64,000 nucleotides of DNA from a virus. Under the pieces are notes generated by a model. It ran no database searches. It had not been told where the DNA came from and was given only the letters and a program-made list of their open reading frames with translations. The stretch's first letter is position 1. Each line of letters starts with the position of its first letter. The stretch lies in IMG/VR virus record IMGVR_UViG_3300046463_000164. The stretch is one strand, 5' to 3'. This document shows, piece after piece, positions 35,021 to 43,984 of this stretch. A program made the position numbers and the translations under genes.

Positions 35021-35394
35021 TGCAGTTCCTCAATCATAGAGTCGATCCAAGCCAAACGGTATTCACGTGATGTGAACGTTTTTTCGCTATACGCATCATC
35101 GCCCATCTCATTTTGAAGCCAAGACGTGACGAAAGCCTCATCACCCAGACGACGATCAATCTCATCAATCAAGACATCGCCGATGATATGAGTTTGTCGG
35201 GTCTGTCCGAAGTCACCGCGGTGTTCGATGTGGACCGGATTGCTTACAACTCCGATGGCCAGACACGTCCAGTGCTCCTTTCCGGAGTCGATCAGGGTAC
35301 GCGCATTTTGGAAGATGCTGATTGCCATCGATCTTTCTTCCGGGGTCTTGATGCCAAATGCTACGGTATGCACTTTCGGAAACTTCATTTTCAT
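35017..35394 (-). CDS. Hypothetical protein
   Basis: CLAI, IDRRL, RLAWIDSMIEEL. Confidence 0.6.
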   Translation of the reverse strand: MKMKFPKVHTVAFGIKTPEERSMAISIFQNARTLIDSGKEHWTCLAIGVVSNPVHIEHRGDFGQTRQTHIIGDVLIDEIDRRLGDEAFVTSWLQNEMGDDAYSEKTFTSREYRLAWIDSMIEELQ

Positions 35395-35423
35395 CCTCTA
35401 GGTCGTTTCGTTACGATAAGAAG

Positions 35424-35452
35424 ATTATACTGGAACATAGTATGGCCGTAAA
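35424..35452 (-). promoter_or_regulatory. Early promoter of the Ter cluster
   Basis: TTTACG-N17-TATAAT. Confidence 0.65.
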
Positions 35453-35501
35453 GCCCTTTCAGGAAATAAAAATGACTCCAGCTATGAACTGGAGTCATTG
35501 T

Positions 35502-35708
35502 TTATAGAATCGCTAGTTGAATTCCTGAGCGTAATACTTGGGTTCCATCTTCAAATTGTACCTGAACCTTGTTGTCGGTAAATCCTGTTACTTGAGCTAC
35601 TCTCAGACAGAATTTGAAGTCATCATGGATCGTAGCAACAAAGTGATACATCTGAATGACTCGATTTGCGCAATCCCTGAAGACGCGCGGTTGAACTTCA
35701 TCCGTCAT
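35502..35708 (-). CDS. Small SH3-like hypothetical protein
   Basis: VTGFTDNKVQV beta pattern; ATGA overlap. Confidence 0.5.
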   Translation of the reverse strand: MTDEVQPRVFRDCANRVIQMYHFVATIHDDFKFCLRVAQVTGFTDNKVQVQFEDGTQVLRSGIQLAIL

Positions 35709-36001
35709 TTAACAAGCACCCATTTGGTAGTAGTAACTTGTACTGGCCTTACTTCATAGCAGTAAGTATCGCCATACTCATAATCACTAAAATAGCTACC
35801 ACTACGGGTTTGACAAATAGAATAGTATTTCCCTTCATATTCAACGACAGTTTCTTTATTGTCATATTTACCCTCGCTGATCCATTCGCCCTTCTCCATG
35901 ACCTTCAGGGCGTCATCTTCTTCGTCCCAAAGTTCAAGAACCTTATCAATCGTTTCTTTATCAACCATCTTCATCTTCCAATTGTTTAATAAACATATCA
36001 A
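35705..36001 (-). CDS. Hypothetical protein
   Basis: GEWISEGKY...RSGSYFSDYEY...EV.PV motif of a common phage family; start probably near 35968. Confidence 0.65.
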   Translation of the reverse strand: MICLLNNWKMKMVDKETIDKVLELWDEEDDALKVMEKGEWISEGKYDNKETVVEYEGKYYSICQTRSGSYFSDYEYGDTYCYEVRPVQVTTTKWVLVK

Positions 36002-36153
36002 TATATGTTTCTATGATAGTTCTTGCTGCGGTATGTGTGATACCGACATTCATACCAACAATCCTTCGACACTCATCGACTTGATCTTCTGTTGGTGTGA
36101 TAGAAACCAGAACATACCCTTCTTTGTCTTCCCAAACAATCTTATGTTTCTTG

Positions 36154-36435
36154 TTAGACAAGGTCTTGGCCTTCCACACCCCTAGCAGTACGGTTCTTTG
36201 TACGTTCTTCAAGAGCCTGTTTAGCCATCACCAGTCCACATAGGGCACGGACATTCTCTGCACAACCAAACTTCTGGTTCAGGTTGTCGATACGATGGAT
36301 AAGAACCGCAATTAGTTCCTCATTAGTGGTACCATCATAGACCAGCTGACCATCTTGCTTCTTCATAAAGCGGACGTGTTGGTTACCTTCAAGCTTGTAG
36401 ATGTGTTGCGCATCAATAGAATCGTTGACTTTCAT
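36154..36435 (-). CDS. Tad1/Acb2-like cyclic-nucleotide sponge (anti-Thoeris/anti-CBASS)
   Basis: H.Y...F, GTTNEELIAVLIHR, F.C.EN..AL..L..A...L..R...R..RGVEG parallels the Tad1 hairpin. Confidence 0.7.
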   Translation of the reverse strand: MKVNDSIDAQHIYKLEGNQHVRFMKKQDGQLVYDGTTNEELIAVLIHRIDNLNQKFGCAENVRALCGLVMAKQALEERTKNRTARGVEGQDLV

Positions 36436-36438
36436 TGC

Positions 36439-36657
36439 TTACCTCAGGTTGAGTTTTACTTCAATGGTTTTGTAGAAATAGATTCCGTTATCGTTGATAA
36501 CGTCACCGCGTTGTGTGAGGGCATAGACTTGATCTAGGAAGTCTAGGGATTCAACAATGTTAAGCTCGATCAGGCCGATCTTTTTGTTGAACTCCTGAGC
36601 ACAAGCAATCTGATGCTCAATCTCCCAGATTACGTCAGATTCATAGATTACGTTCAT
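36439..36657 (-). CDS. Hypothetical protein
   Basis: ORF in array. Confidence 0.5.
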   Translation of the reverse strand: MNVIYESDVIWEIEHQIACAQEFNKKIGLIELNIVESLDFLDQVYALTQRGDVINDNGIYFYKTIEVKLNLR

Positions 36658-36830
36658 GGATTAAACCTCTGTCTAGCTTTGATGTATGCCAACTCATTCC
36701 GCAACGCAGTGATTTCAGAGCGAGCAGCGAAGATATCTGCCTGAAGTCGTTTAACTTCAAACGTTAATTCCGTATTAGTGAATACCTTATAGACATCTGC
36801 ACCCGACTGAGGCTGTTCAATATCAATCAT
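36654..36830 (-). CDS. Small coiled-coil protein
   Basis: TAATG overlap with helicase stop. Confidence 0.5.
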   Translation of the reverse strand: MIDIEQPQSGADVYKVFTNTELTFEVKRLQADIFAARSEITALRNELAYIKARQRFNP

Positions 36831-38242
36831 TATCCAAAATTCCAATTGTTAATAGGGGATTCATCGCCTACACGACGACTAATCTGTTGTGCCGCTTGTT
36901 GAGGTTGAGGAATTTCGTTAGACATACCCAAAGCGGATAGTTCATCCTCACTCAGACCGGCAGCTTGACTGTCTACCTCGTAGTATTTTTGCTTATCTGG
37001 ATTCAATCCTAACACAAACTTACCTTTGTAACTGGCGTATCGATTCTTAATGATCTTACCAATCACCATTCCTCTTGCTACCATTTCCTCAGGAAGCAGA
37101 ATCGCGTACATAAAGTCAGCCGTTGCTGCAATACCAATAGCCAACGAGATATTACCCAAACCTGCATCGCTTGCTCCTTGTGTTGCTCTATCGAACTGAA
37201 CTGCGGTCCAGATAGGAACACCCTGCTCTTGAGCGAACGCACGCAACTCTTCAGCAACGCTCGTGAAGTAGGTATTTGTGTTACCCTTGGCAGAAGCCGG
37301 CAGCTTGGAAGATGCACAGATCGTCAGATAGTCGATACAGATCAGCTTCGGAACAAACTTCTTCTTAATCTTCAGTTCTTGAAGAAGATGTCGGAAGTTA
37401 CCAACGTGGGCCGATCCAGCCGGGAATTCCTTAACGATCAGACGACCATTTGTCTTCTTACGCAACTCGTTCACCCGGTTCATATACTGAACCTTCTGAA
37501 GAGCAAAGACCTGATCGAACGTCATATCCATTGCTGCAACGTCGATACGCTCACGACAAGTGCTCTCGTCCATTTCCATGGAGATATAGAGAACATCTTC
37601 ACCGCGAGTCAACCAATCGGCTGCTTGCTGAATCAAGTGGATAGATTTGCCGCCGTTAATCGGGGCTAGAACAACGTTCAACGTCTTGTCTTTGATCCCT
37701 CCCTTTGTGACCTTATTCAGAATCGGGAGACTAAACGGATGACGCGCTTGATCGGAGTGGAGTTGATCGTAATGATGCTCTGCATCTTCCCAGTAATCGT
37801 GACCTATGTGTGAGTCGAAACTCACAGACAATGCCTCCATAATCATACCAGGGATTGTATTCTGATCTACGTCCTTGATGTTCCCTTCAGCGATGTCGAT
37901 TGCTTTGTACATTGCATTGAAAAGCGCCGAACGCTTACAATGCTCTTCAGTCTGATCGACTAGCCATTGAAAAGAGGTTCCTTCAGGATCAGGCTCAAGC
38001 CCTTTGATGACCCCGATGACTTCGTCAAAAAACCCTTCATGAAGGTTGCTGTTGCTGACCGAAATAGCAAGCGCCTCTTTGGTTGGGGGCACGCTGTAGG
38101 TTGAGACAAAATTCTTAATTTCCTTGAAAACGTGTTTTTCAGATTCGCTGCTAAAATACTCTTCAGCAAGAAACGGTAGTACAGTGCGGAGATACTTCTC
38201 ATTATGTATGAGATTGCTGATGATAATTCTTTCAATCGCCAC
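36830..38242 (-). CDS. 41: Replicative DNA helicase gp41 (DnaB-like)
   Basis: SFDSHIGHDY, LNKVTKGG, Walker A APINGGKS, YISMEM, LIVKEFP, IDYL, AEELRA, KNRY; GTG start 38242. Confidence 0.95.
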   Translation of the reverse strand: MAIERIIISNLIHNEKYLRTVLPFLAEEYFSSESEKHVFKEIKNFVSTYSVPPTKEALAISVSNSNLHEGFFDEVIGVIKGLEPDPEGTSFQWLVDQTEEHCKRSALFNAMYKAIDIAEGNIKDVDQNTIPGMIMEALSVSFDSHIGHDYWEDAEHHYDQLHSDQARHPFSLPILNKVTKGGIKDKTLNVVLAPINGGKSIHLIQQAADWLTRGEDVLYISMEMDESTCRERIDVAAMDMTFDQVFALQKVQYMNRVNELRKKTNGRLIVKEFPAGSAHVGNFRHLLQELKIKKKFVPKLICIDYLTICASSKLPASAKGNTNTYFTSVAEELRAFAQEQGVPIWTAVQFDRATQGASDAGLGNISLAIGIAATADFMYAILLPEEMVARGMVIGKIIKNRYASYKGKFVLGLNPDKQKYYEVDSQAAGLSEDELSALGMSNEIPQPQQAAQQISRRVGDESPINNWNFG

Positions 38243-38546
38243 TCTTACTGCTCGCTTTTTGATACTTGTTAAACACCAACAGTTCCTCAAGATTCGTCAT
38301 GAGGATATGTCCTACATAATCTACAAACTTATCTGACCTGGTATCCAGAAATCGCGGATTTTCAAAAACTTCATATTCGAACTTGACTCTGAGCTGTTCA
38401 TCTTCTTCCAGAAGTTGAACCATACCGTATTGGTATATAACTCCAGCATACGGCGAATCTCCTTTCAATATGATATGGTGAAAGTTCTCTTCACCCTTGT
38501 CGATGATATCATATTCATCGTCTGAAATCTTTTGTAGCTTCGTCAT
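38232..38546 (-). CDS. gp40-like head vertex assembly chaperone
   Basis: Located between uvsX and 41 as in T4; PYAGVIYQYG.V, F..YVG.IL. Confidence 0.55.
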   Translation of the reverse strand: MTKLQKISDDEYDIIDKGEENFHHIILKGDSPYAGVIYQYGMVQLLEEDEQLRVKFEYEVFENPRFLDTRSDKFVDYVGHILMTNLEELLVFNKYQKASSKSGD

Positions 38547-38608
38547 TTATTCTCCATAATGCCGGGTTATCTATTATAACCCGGCTATGTGTTGTTTAGA
38601 AGCGCGTA

Positions 38609-38911
38609 TCAGCCGTTAGAGCGTTCTGTTACTGTAACCTTAACGGAGTATAGATCCATAGGAGAATACCCGCCATAGCCATCGTCGCCACCGCAACACT
38701 CAAATACGATGCTCAAGCTAGCACCAACCGGCACTTCGATTTGATTTTTGATCAATTCCTTAAGTTGGTCCTTAGTGATAGTGTAAGAAGTTTCCTTCTT
38801 CACATCAGCCTTGAAAGGTTTGGTAGACTTACTAGCCCCAAAGGGCTGATAGATAGACTCACTAGCCCCGAAGGGCTGATAAGTTTGTCCTTCAATAATC
38901 CGTCTTTCCAT
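38609..38911 (-). CDS. Hypothetical protein with duplicated YQPFGAS
   Basis: ORF immediately after uvsX. Confidence 0.55.
   Translation of the reverse strand: MERRIIEGQTYQPFGASESIYQPFGASKSTKPFKADVKKETSYTITKDQLKELIKNQIEVPVGASLSIVFECCGGDDGYGGYSPMDLYSVKVTVTERSNG
38824..38883. repeat. 2 x 30-bp tandem repeat, each with an AGCCC-N4-GGGCT hairpin
   Basis: TAGACTTACTAGCCCCAAAGGGCTGATAGA / TAGACTCACTAGCCCCGAAGGGCTGATAAG. Confidence 0.9.
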
Positions 38912-38913
38912 GA

Positions 38914-39999
38914 TTATAGAATCTCTCCAGTTTCGCTATCAACTACCATAGAAGCCTCACCTTCACCACGTTCGTTGGGTCCGCCAAGCATATACATATC
39001 CTTCACCAATTTCTTGAATTGGTCGTTCTTCAACAGATCATCAAAGAACTTAGTATAGTTGGCTTCAATGTCCTTACGACGATACGACTTACCATCAACC
39101 CAACCATCTAGATTGAATTGGTAGAAACCTTGCTTTTCTGATTTCAGAAAGCCTGTTTCCATTGCCCATTCGAACATACCGGAGTATTTGAAGATGCCGC
39201 CTTCATACGTCACTAGAATGCTGAACTTGGATTTCTCCTGTACATAGCGCGACTTCATTGCGCTGTAGTTGAAGCTCCAACCCAACAGTTCCTTTTCTTC
39301 CTTAACTTGCGAACGAGTGACCATCAGCACAACGTCAGACGACAGGAATGCTTGCTTACCGCCCTTAACCGTAGCCTCAGCGTATTGGTTAACAATCGAA
39401 TCGTAGTAAGAATTGATGAAGAAACAAGGAATCTTCTTCAACATCAGTTTTGGAGTAACAATACGGAAGAATGAGTTGAGTTCACGAGCGCGAGTCAAGT
39501 CAGCTGCTGCGTTCTCATTCAAAGCATTCTCTACTTCCTTCTTGGAAGCCAACTGCGACACCGAGTCGATGAAGATCATTACCTTACCTTCACCCAACTG
39601 AATTTCGTCTAGCGCTTGAGCCATCTTGAACTTCAGGTCTTCAATATTCTCCATCGCGTAGTGGATAATACGTGACTTATCTACCTTGAAGGAGTTAAAG
39701 CTACTCTTGGAGCCAAACTCAGAGTCGAAGAACAATACAACGTGTTCCGGGTCTTCATTCAAGAAGTCATCCACCAATGATACACAGAAATTGGTCTTAA
39801 ATGTACGGGAATCGCCAACCACTTGATAAAGACCGGGAGTTACACCGCCGTCAAAATCCCCTGCCAGCATCATATTGATTGCTGGAGTGATTGAGCGGAA
39901 AATAACATCCTTATCGAAAAAGTGGGATTCGCTCAGTACCGAAATCTTATCATCCTTGCCCGCCTTTTTCAATAGACGAGACATCAAACTACTTGCCAT
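38914..39999 (-). CDS. uvsX: UvsX RecA-like recombinase
   Basis: GDSRTFKT, FFDSEFG, IDSV.QLASKKE.E.AL, DLTRA, FRIVTP, GG, KSRYV.EKSK. Confidence 0.95.
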   Translation of the reverse strand: MASSLMSRLLKKAGKDDKISVLSESHFFDKDVIFRSITPAINMMLAGDFDGGVTPGLYQVVGDSRTFKTNFCVSLVDDFLNEDPEHVVLFFDSEFGSKSSFNSFKVDKSRIIHYAMENIEDLKFKMAQALDEIQLGEGKVMIFIDSVSQLASKKEVENALNENAAADLTRARELNSFFRIVTPKLMLKKIPCFFINSYYDSIVNQYAEATVKGGKQAFLSSDVVLMVTRSQVKEEKELLGWSFNYSAMKSRYVQEKSKFSILVTYEGGIFKYSGMFEWAMETGFLKSEKQGFYQFNLDGWVDGKSYRRKDIEANYTKFFDDLLKNDQFKKLVKDMYMLGGPNERGEGEASMVVDSETGEIL

Positions 40000-40066
40000 T
40001 TTATTTCCTTTGTTTCAAATTTTAGGGTTTGGTAGGAAAATAACATTGACCTACCTCAACGTCACA

Positions 40067-40663
40067 TTAGTGAATCTTTACAGCTTGATAATCATCTAGG
40101 ATATCTGGATCAACTTCCTCAGCGATGCGCCTTACGGTATCAACCAAGCCGTTAACATTCAGATACGAATGAATATAGGCTTGTAGATTATCATAACGCA
40201 CCTTCATACCGGTTGATTGAGCTGTCGTGTCTGCACACAAGTCAATGAGCTGAGACATCTGAGCTTCAAGGATAGCGATGGAGCGGGTCTGTTCTTGTAC
40301 TTTGTTATGCAGATATTGGTTCATCTGCATAATGCCCAACGGCACTTCTTCATCGAACAGACTCACTTCATATCTAGCGTCGCCAAATACTTCTTCCAAC
40401 ACTTCTTCGGCATCTGGGACAAAACCCGCTTCGACTGAGTCTAGTTGAACTAGACAGTTATTTAACTTCTCATCCTCAACCACCAGACCGATGGTGCCGA
40501 TAGCATATGAACCTCTTGATCCATCAGTACCATTGATGAACTTCTCATCTGCATAATAGTAGGCAGAAACGTGATCCACATTATTCTGGACCAACGCGGC
40601 GTATTTGCTCACCCCCTCCAAATTGACGGCAGAGAATGTGATTTCAATCAGACTTTGTCTCAT
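40067..40663 (-). CDS. Hypothetical protein
   Basis: AAGGA RBS; 198-aa ORF with C-terminal coiled coil. Confidence 0.65.
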   Translation of the reverse strand: MRQSLIEITFSAVNLEGVSKYAALVQNNVDHVSAYYYADEKFINGTDGSRGSYAIGTIGLVVEDEKLNNCLVQLDSVEAGFVPDAEEVLEEVFGDARYEVSLFDEEVPLGIMQMNQYLHNKVQEQTRSIAILEAQMSQLIDLCADTTAQSTGMKVRYDNLQAYIHSYLNVNGLVDTVRRIAEEVDPDILDDYQAVKIH

Positions 40664-40672
40664 TGTTGTTCC

Positions 40673-41278
40673 TTACTTTAGTTGTTCCAATAGCTTGAGC
40701 TCAGCTTCTCTAGACTTATCATAAGTCCCTTGAAGTTGACCTCCTTCTACCCGCTTTGCATTCAGCTTATTCTTCATCCCATAAGCAACGAACAAATCTC
40801 CGGAATTCAAACCGCCAATCAACCAGCCGCCGGATTCAATAACATCCAATAGCATACTAATCGCCACTCGACAGTTGAAATTTACTCCCTTCAAGAAGTT
40901 AGCAACCGAATCCGAGAAATTGTCATGCGGGTCTCCCTGATAAACCTTCACAGAGGCTTCAGGTGGAATCCGTCGATTAATCTCTTGAATAATTTCCTCA
41001 GGAGAATATTGATGCAGGATCAACAAAAGTCCGAAGTGGATAGCATCGATCAGCTCAAAGATTGCCTTGTCTCTATCAATCGTCTTGGCTTGAGCCTTAC
41101 CGGACCACCACTTCCAGGTAGGTTCCAGTTCACGAGCAAACTCAGATACCTCGTCCAGAAAGGCAATCTTTGCCTTCCCGCGAGATACTTGATCCCGCCA
41201 ATCCTTTCCATTATATTTCTCGTTCAGTAACTCCTGAGCAAGAAACATATAAATCAACTCTTTACTGTTTACGAGCAT
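40673..41278 (-). CDS. Dimeric (all-alpha) dUTPase family protein, possible dUTP/dTTPase
   Basis: Q..LN, DEVSE, WKWW, ELIDAIHF, Y..KNKLN..R...GTY. Confidence 0.85.
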   Translation of the reverse strand: MLVNSKELIYMFLAQELLNEKYNGKDWRDQVSRGKAKIAFLDEVSEFARELEPTWKWWSGKAQAKTIDRDKAIFELIDAIHFGLLLILHQYSPEEIIQEINRRIPPEASVKVYQGDPHDNFSDSVANFLKGVNFNCRVAISMLLDVIESGGWLIGGLNSGDLFVAYGMKNKLNAKRVEGGQLQGTYDKSREAELKLLEQLK

Positions 41279-41822
41279 AATTGTCCTTAAACGCATTGAA
41301 GAACTCGTCAAACTCCGATGTTCCATTCATCGAGTTAAGGAAATAGGCGTCATAGTCTTGAAACTGACGAACATATTCCTCAAAGTCGCTAGGCGGCAGA
41401 TGACTACGATCTTCAAGCTCAATCTTGATTACGGGAATTCTCGCGGCTTTCAAAAAGTCCCATTCATTCGGGGTTCTGAAATCGGTGATGATATACAGAT
41501 TGTCTTTACGGAAACATTGATCCAAAATATGATCATGGGTTTCAATGAACTGATTGACAAAGAAGTTTGGATCCACATCGCGAACCTTTCCTGCTACCAA
41601 CCAAATATCCCTAGGCGTCAGGTTATTCGGATTGTTTGGATGCGTGAAAGGCTGGTCTTTATTCTCAGGGCTGACATATACCGGCAACCAAGGAAAAAGC
41701 TGATTCGCAAGGACACGGACCTGATCGCTGAATGACAATCTAACCGCACCTTGCGTTTTGGCGAGATATTCTGCAAAGTAGTCTTTGCCAGACTTATACT
41801 CGCCCATAAACGCAAAAATCAT
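41262..41822 (-). CDS. Deoxynucleoside monophosphate kinase
   Basis: GEYKSGKD, LSFSD, TPRD, IITDFRTPNE. Confidence 0.85.
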   Translation of the reverse strand: MIFAFMGEYKSGKDYFAEYLAKTQGAVRLSFSDQVRVLANQLFPWLPVYVSPENKDQPFTHPNNPNNLTPRDIWLVAGKVRDVDPNFFVNQFIETHDHILDQCFRKDNLYIITDFRTPNEWDFLKAARIPVIKIELEDRSHLPPSDFEEYVRQFQDYDAYFLNSMNGTSEFDEFFNAFKDNYARKQ

Positions 41823-42908
41823 TTACACCTCTACGTCAAACTTACGGAAACTCGACTCATAGATCGAACGGGAAAGCTCAGCAGACAGTCCGGTGAGGTC
41901 TATCGCCGTAGTTAGTACGGTTCCCCGCTTAGAAGCGATGTAGTGAGCTACTAGCTGTGCGTACAGCCACAAAAGATTACCTTCCAGAGGCACGTTGAAG
42001 TTAATAAACAGATGACCCAGGTTATGGATCATTGTGCCTAGAACAAAGTCAGGTTCATCAGTTGTAATGCCTTCCGTCAGCATCGCTACAATAGCACTGA
42101 AGAAACTCTTCCAATGAAGAATATCAGGACCGATGATCGGCATATGATTTTCTTCAGTTGATGTCAGATAATTGCTTTTGTTCGCAATCGCCGCATCAGC
42201 CTGCTCCCTGGAAAAGTCGTACAGGTGAGCATTGGTGACGTGCCAACGATACGGACCAAGTTTCAAACCTGGGTAGTTCTTCTTGATCTCGTTGAACATC
42301 AACTCATGCAGGAATGAGAATTCGAACGGATTGATAGAACCGGTACCAAAGATGATATCGCCTGAGCGCTGGATGACCTTGGTGCAGAACTTATCTTCGC
42401 CTTCAACATAGAAGTTGATACCCAGGTTGCAAGGTCGATCCTTACCTAGTTCCCCATAACCAAAACGGTCTTCAATCGCTTCAGTCGAATCCTTATGGAT
42501 ATCGTGAATCGATACAAACGCGCGGCGAGTGTAGAGACTATCACGGCGGAATAGATCAGGCATAGATACAATCTGACGTTGGTCATAGAAACGCGGACCA
42601 TAAGCGCCAGACCAAGTCACACCGTCATCTGAATACTGGGGCGCGCGTGGCAGGAAGAAGGACAGATAAGGGTTCACACGATCATCGCCCGCCATAACCC
42701 AAAAGGTTTCAGCGATCAAAGCGAAGATATTAGATTTGCGACCTGCGAGAGAAAGGTGACGCGAGCGGGGATTTGTTACTTCAAAGGTTGTATCGAAAAT
42801 TGAAGTGCAACCGCCGTTACGGGATGGCCGATAATGGCCTTCATGGATGATTTTGTTGAAACCTGCGAGTACTACACTTGAAACGCTACTACCAGAAACC
42901 AAATGCAT
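41823..42908 (-). CDS. Thymidylate-synthase-fold dUMP hydroxymethylase
   Basis: SRNG, AETFW, YSDDG..W.GAYGPR, RR, KD.PCN catalytic Cys, QRSGDIIFG..INPFEF, HLY. Confidence 0.75.
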   Translation of the reverse strand: MHLVSGSSVSSVVLAGFNKIIHEGHYRPSRNGGCTSIFDTTFEVTNPRSRHLSLAGRKSNIFALIAETFWVMAGDDRVNPYLSFFLPRAPQYSDDGVTWSGAYGPRFYDQRQIVSMPDLFRRDSLYTRRAFVSIHDIHKDSTEAIEDRFGYGELGKDRPCNLGINFYVEGEDKFCTKVIQRSGDIIFGTGSINPFEFSFLHELMFNEIKKNYPGLKLGPYRWHVTNAHLYDFSREQADAAIANKSNYLTSTEENHMPIIGPDILHWKSFFSAIVAMLTEGITTDEPDFVLGTMIHNLGHLFINFNVPLEGNLLWLYAQLVAHYIASKRGTVLTTAIDLTGLSAELSRSIYESSFRKFDVEV

Positions 42909-42947
42909 AGAACTGCTTAAGCCCCTATATGGAATGTAAGGAGGGTA

Positions 42948-42976
42948 ATTATAGATGGAAAATGCGCTAAAGTCTA
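42948..42976 (-). promoter_or_regulatory. Early promoter of the nucleotide/replication operon
   Basis: TAGACT-N17-TATAAT. Confidence 0.7.
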
Positions 42977-43002
42977 GCGCATATTTATGATTTTCAGATC
43001 AG

Positions 43003-43254
43003 TTATTTCTTGACGATCAGCTCATCGCCCGGTTGGAATTCACGGATGAACTTGACGTGATCCTCGTTCAAGTAAGCCAAATCCGAATGACAGATCACCC
43101 CGTCTGCGCTGAACCAAATTGCACGGTTGTCGCTGATGATCACAACCGAAACCTCTTTGTCATCCGTGTCCATGAAGATGAGCGGCTTCAGGTTAGGATA
43201 TTCATGGTTGGTAACCTTGTCGCCTAATTGGGGCACTGTAATATTGTATTCCAC
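43003..43254 (-). CDS. Hypothetical protein (paralogue of 43450-43731)
   Basis: IWF..DG.I..SDL.Y.NE...IR...PGD.L. Confidence 0.6.
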   Translation of the reverse strand: MEYNITVPQLGDKVTNHEYPNLKPLIFMDTDDKEVSVVIISDNRAIWFSADGVICHSDLAYLNEDHVKFIREFQPGDELIVKK

Positions 43255-43443
43255 TTACTTGCTTTCCTTTAACATATATCGCACTTTGGCGAGTTTGAAT
43301 GCATCAATTTTACGAGCGCAACGTTGAACCCGGTCCCAGACGATGACTTCATCGGTAGAATAGACGTATCCCGTTACGACCAATTCCCCTCTTGAGCCGT
43401 CAGCCGGAACATATACTTGATCTAATTCAAGTCCATATTTCAT
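43255..43443 (-). CDS. Hypothetical protein
   Basis: Y..ADGS...IDAFKLAKVRY small phage family. Confidence 0.55.
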   Translation of the reverse strand: MKYGLELDQVYVPADGSRGELVVTGYVYSTDEVIVWDRVQRCARKIDAFKLAKVRYMLKESK

Positions 43444-43449
43444 TAGCTG

Positions 43450-43731
43450 TTACTCTACCGCCCTGATCACAAGGGCATCGCCTGGACCGTATTGGCGAAT
43501 CACCACATGGCGAGATTCGTTGAAATATTCCAGATCGGATTCACCAATATAACCATCTTCATCAAACCAGATAACCGATTTTTTGTCGCGGTTGATAAGC
43601 ACCGTGGTTCGTTCGTCCACTTCGGTATCCAGCACCAGAATAGGAGTGAAACAAGGCAGATCATCCTTGGCCGAAGTGTTGGCGTGGACAACCGGCATTT
43701 CAATCTTAAAATCTACAGAGCGACCCATCAA
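43450..43731 (-). CDS. Hypothetical protein
   Basis: Paralogue of 43003-43254. Confidence 0.6.
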   Translation of the reverse strand: MMGRSVDFKIEMPVVHANTSAKDDLPCFTPILVLDTEVDERTTVLINRDKKSVIWFDEDGYIGESDLEYFNESRHVVIRQYGPGDALVIRAVE

Positions 43732-43913
43732 TAATCATCCTCAAGATAAAATTCAACATAGGCATCCTCGTCCATTTCGAGAATTTGCTTTTGGTGCAGC
43801 GAATCAATATACGTCCCATCCGAGTCGTAAAGATTCAATTCAAAAACCCGCGTCCCATCAGAAAGACGTTTACCATACTGCGTTGCTAACTCTTTAGCTC
43901 GATCAACTTGCAT
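43728..43913 (-). CDS. Hypothetical protein
   Basis: ORF in array. Confidence 0.5.
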   Translation of the reverse strand: MQVDRAKELATQYGKRLSDGTRVFELNLYDSDGTYIDSLHQKQILEMDEDAYVEFYLEDDY

Positions 43914-43935
43914 TTGTAACTATGTAAATTAAAAC

Positions 43936-43965
43936 AAAGAAAAGGGCGCCAACTTCAGCGCCCTG
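43936..43965 (-). terminator. Terminator after the tRNA-like gene
   Basis: AGGGCGC-TGAAGTTG-GCGCCCT-TTTCTTT on the minus strand. Confidence 0.7.
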
Positions 43966-43984
43966 AGACACCTACGGTAAAACT

